A DNA stretch of 64,000 nucleotides from Eledone cirrhosa. Taxonomy: Eukaryota. A program made the translations under genes and the position numbers. A model generated the notes under the pieces. That model did not search any database and was not told where the DNA came from. It was given only the letters and a program-made list of their open reading frames with translations. This document shows, one piece after another, positions 62,537 to 64,000 of the stretch (the stretch's first letter is position 1; every line of letters starts with the position of its first letter). Location: contig OZ024745.1 of NCBI GenBank assembly GCA_964016885.1, forward strand, positions 116,622,001-116,686,000, read 5' to 3'.

Positions 62537-62715
62537 GGCGGTGGATTGGCAGTATCGGTAGAAGGTCAGACGCAGCAAAGAGTTACGGCCCTTTATGGTC
62601 TGAGTTCAAATCCCACCAAGATTAACTTCGCCTTTCATCATTACAGGGTCGATAAAATAAAGGACCAGTAATACACTGGGATAATTGCTGGCCTTGTGCC
62701 TAAAGTAGAAAGAGT
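62537..62715 (+). mobile_element. S1 SINE
   Basis: Collinear with 816-1005. Confidence 0.88.
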
Positions 62716-64000
62716 TATTTCACAAAGACACTCAATACTCCAGCAGGATCGTAGCTCCTTCATATGAATGAGGAACATATATTAATGATTATAATTGCAA
62801 CCGACATAGGAGATACATATAATACAATGCAGAAACACTTTTGTTAAATATTTCTCAAAAATACATGTTTATTTCAACAAACACACACACACATGGATAG
62901 AGCAGCATAAAATATTAGACGCCAAATTTGACAATATGTTCCTCCATTTCATAATACCCCCAATTCTTTTTTTTAACAATCCAACAATCTCTTATTTTGA
63001 ATATTTTAAGATCATTGGTGTTGATAAAACTTCATGAATAATGCTAAGTAATATTGCCTCCTTATTATTATACCACCATCACATAGATTGTACATACGAT
63101 TCAATTTTATGGTCTCTACTGGTTGCTTTATCGATTTCTGTTATTAGTGTACAGTCAATAGCAATCCGCACAAAGTAATACTGTGCACGTTTTCAGTTAA
63201 AAAACATATTTAATATCTCAGTTTGAATTCATGAATAGACTGAGATGAGATCAATAAAAATTTACCTTAACCACGCAAGAAGTTGTTTCAAAGTTAAGAG
63301 ACTAATTTATTTAGGAGCTTAGATAGCCGAATTGAGAAAATAATAACTATAATCTAAAGGGTAGGTATTTCATAGTATGTTAGTAACACTGCTGTGCTTT
63401 CACGTGTATGATAAGTTAATACTCACATTACTGACTTTGGCTAGTTTTAAACATTTATACATTATGGTAGTTATAACTAACTTCTGTAATCAGTAAAAGA
63501 CTTAATCCATTTTCCATTAGATTCCAATATTCATTGTATTCCGATCGGTTTTAATCCAGTAGGTTCACGGCCAAAAACCTTCTACTCGTGACTGTCCTAT
63601 TTCTTCTATAGACAGAAATACATGCCCGATGTGTTCCCTTCATATTTCTCTCCTTTTATTTATGTCTAGAGTGAGAAGGCAAGGTTCTAAAGAATACATA
63701 CTAGGTTCTTATTTGGCTTAGTTTTTATTCATATTTAAGGAACTTTGATGTGGGTCTACACCTGCAAAATATTATAATGGGAAGCTGATTAGTTTGGACA
63801 AATGTATTTATTATGGTGATAAAAGAGATCTGGCGCTTTCGAATTTCCAAATAAAAAATAACATGAATAGTTTACTAGACGAGACATTAGTCTCAAAATG
63901 TCAGACCATTCTTTTCACATCCTAAGCACTTATTCAAGCTCATGAACATTACCGTTCAAACATTTTATTAAATTGTAATAGCTTCTCCACTACATACATA

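Overview
Eukaryotic, AT-rich, repeat-dominated animal DNA. The SINE families and microsatellite load suggest a cephalopod/octopus intron or intergenic region (inference). No intact host protein-coding gene can be supported; most listed ORFs are microsatellite artefacts. Recognisable content: about 15 copies of one tRNA-derived SINE plus other SINEs; fragments of Penelope-like retroelements (RT and GIY-YIG); RTE, CRE and Tx1-like LINE remnants; mariner and maT/DD37D-like transposon relics; a TTAA MITE; an LTR-like dispersed repeat; four minisatellite/tandem arrays; and a Pro/Tyr-rich 21-bp repeat with a degenerate extensin-like reading frame. The main unexplained signal is a dense set of type I hammerhead ribozyme (HHR) motifs read by eye: 13 with intact CUGANGA/GAAA/UH cores and about 10 mutated or half copies. 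Many lie in short ORF-less elements inserted into (TA)n as fold-back palindromes or partial tandems. One element is a 166-nt unit that begins exactly at its own predicted cleavage site, as expected for a circular-RNA retrozyme. All RNA structures were paired manually and none is experimentally shown.
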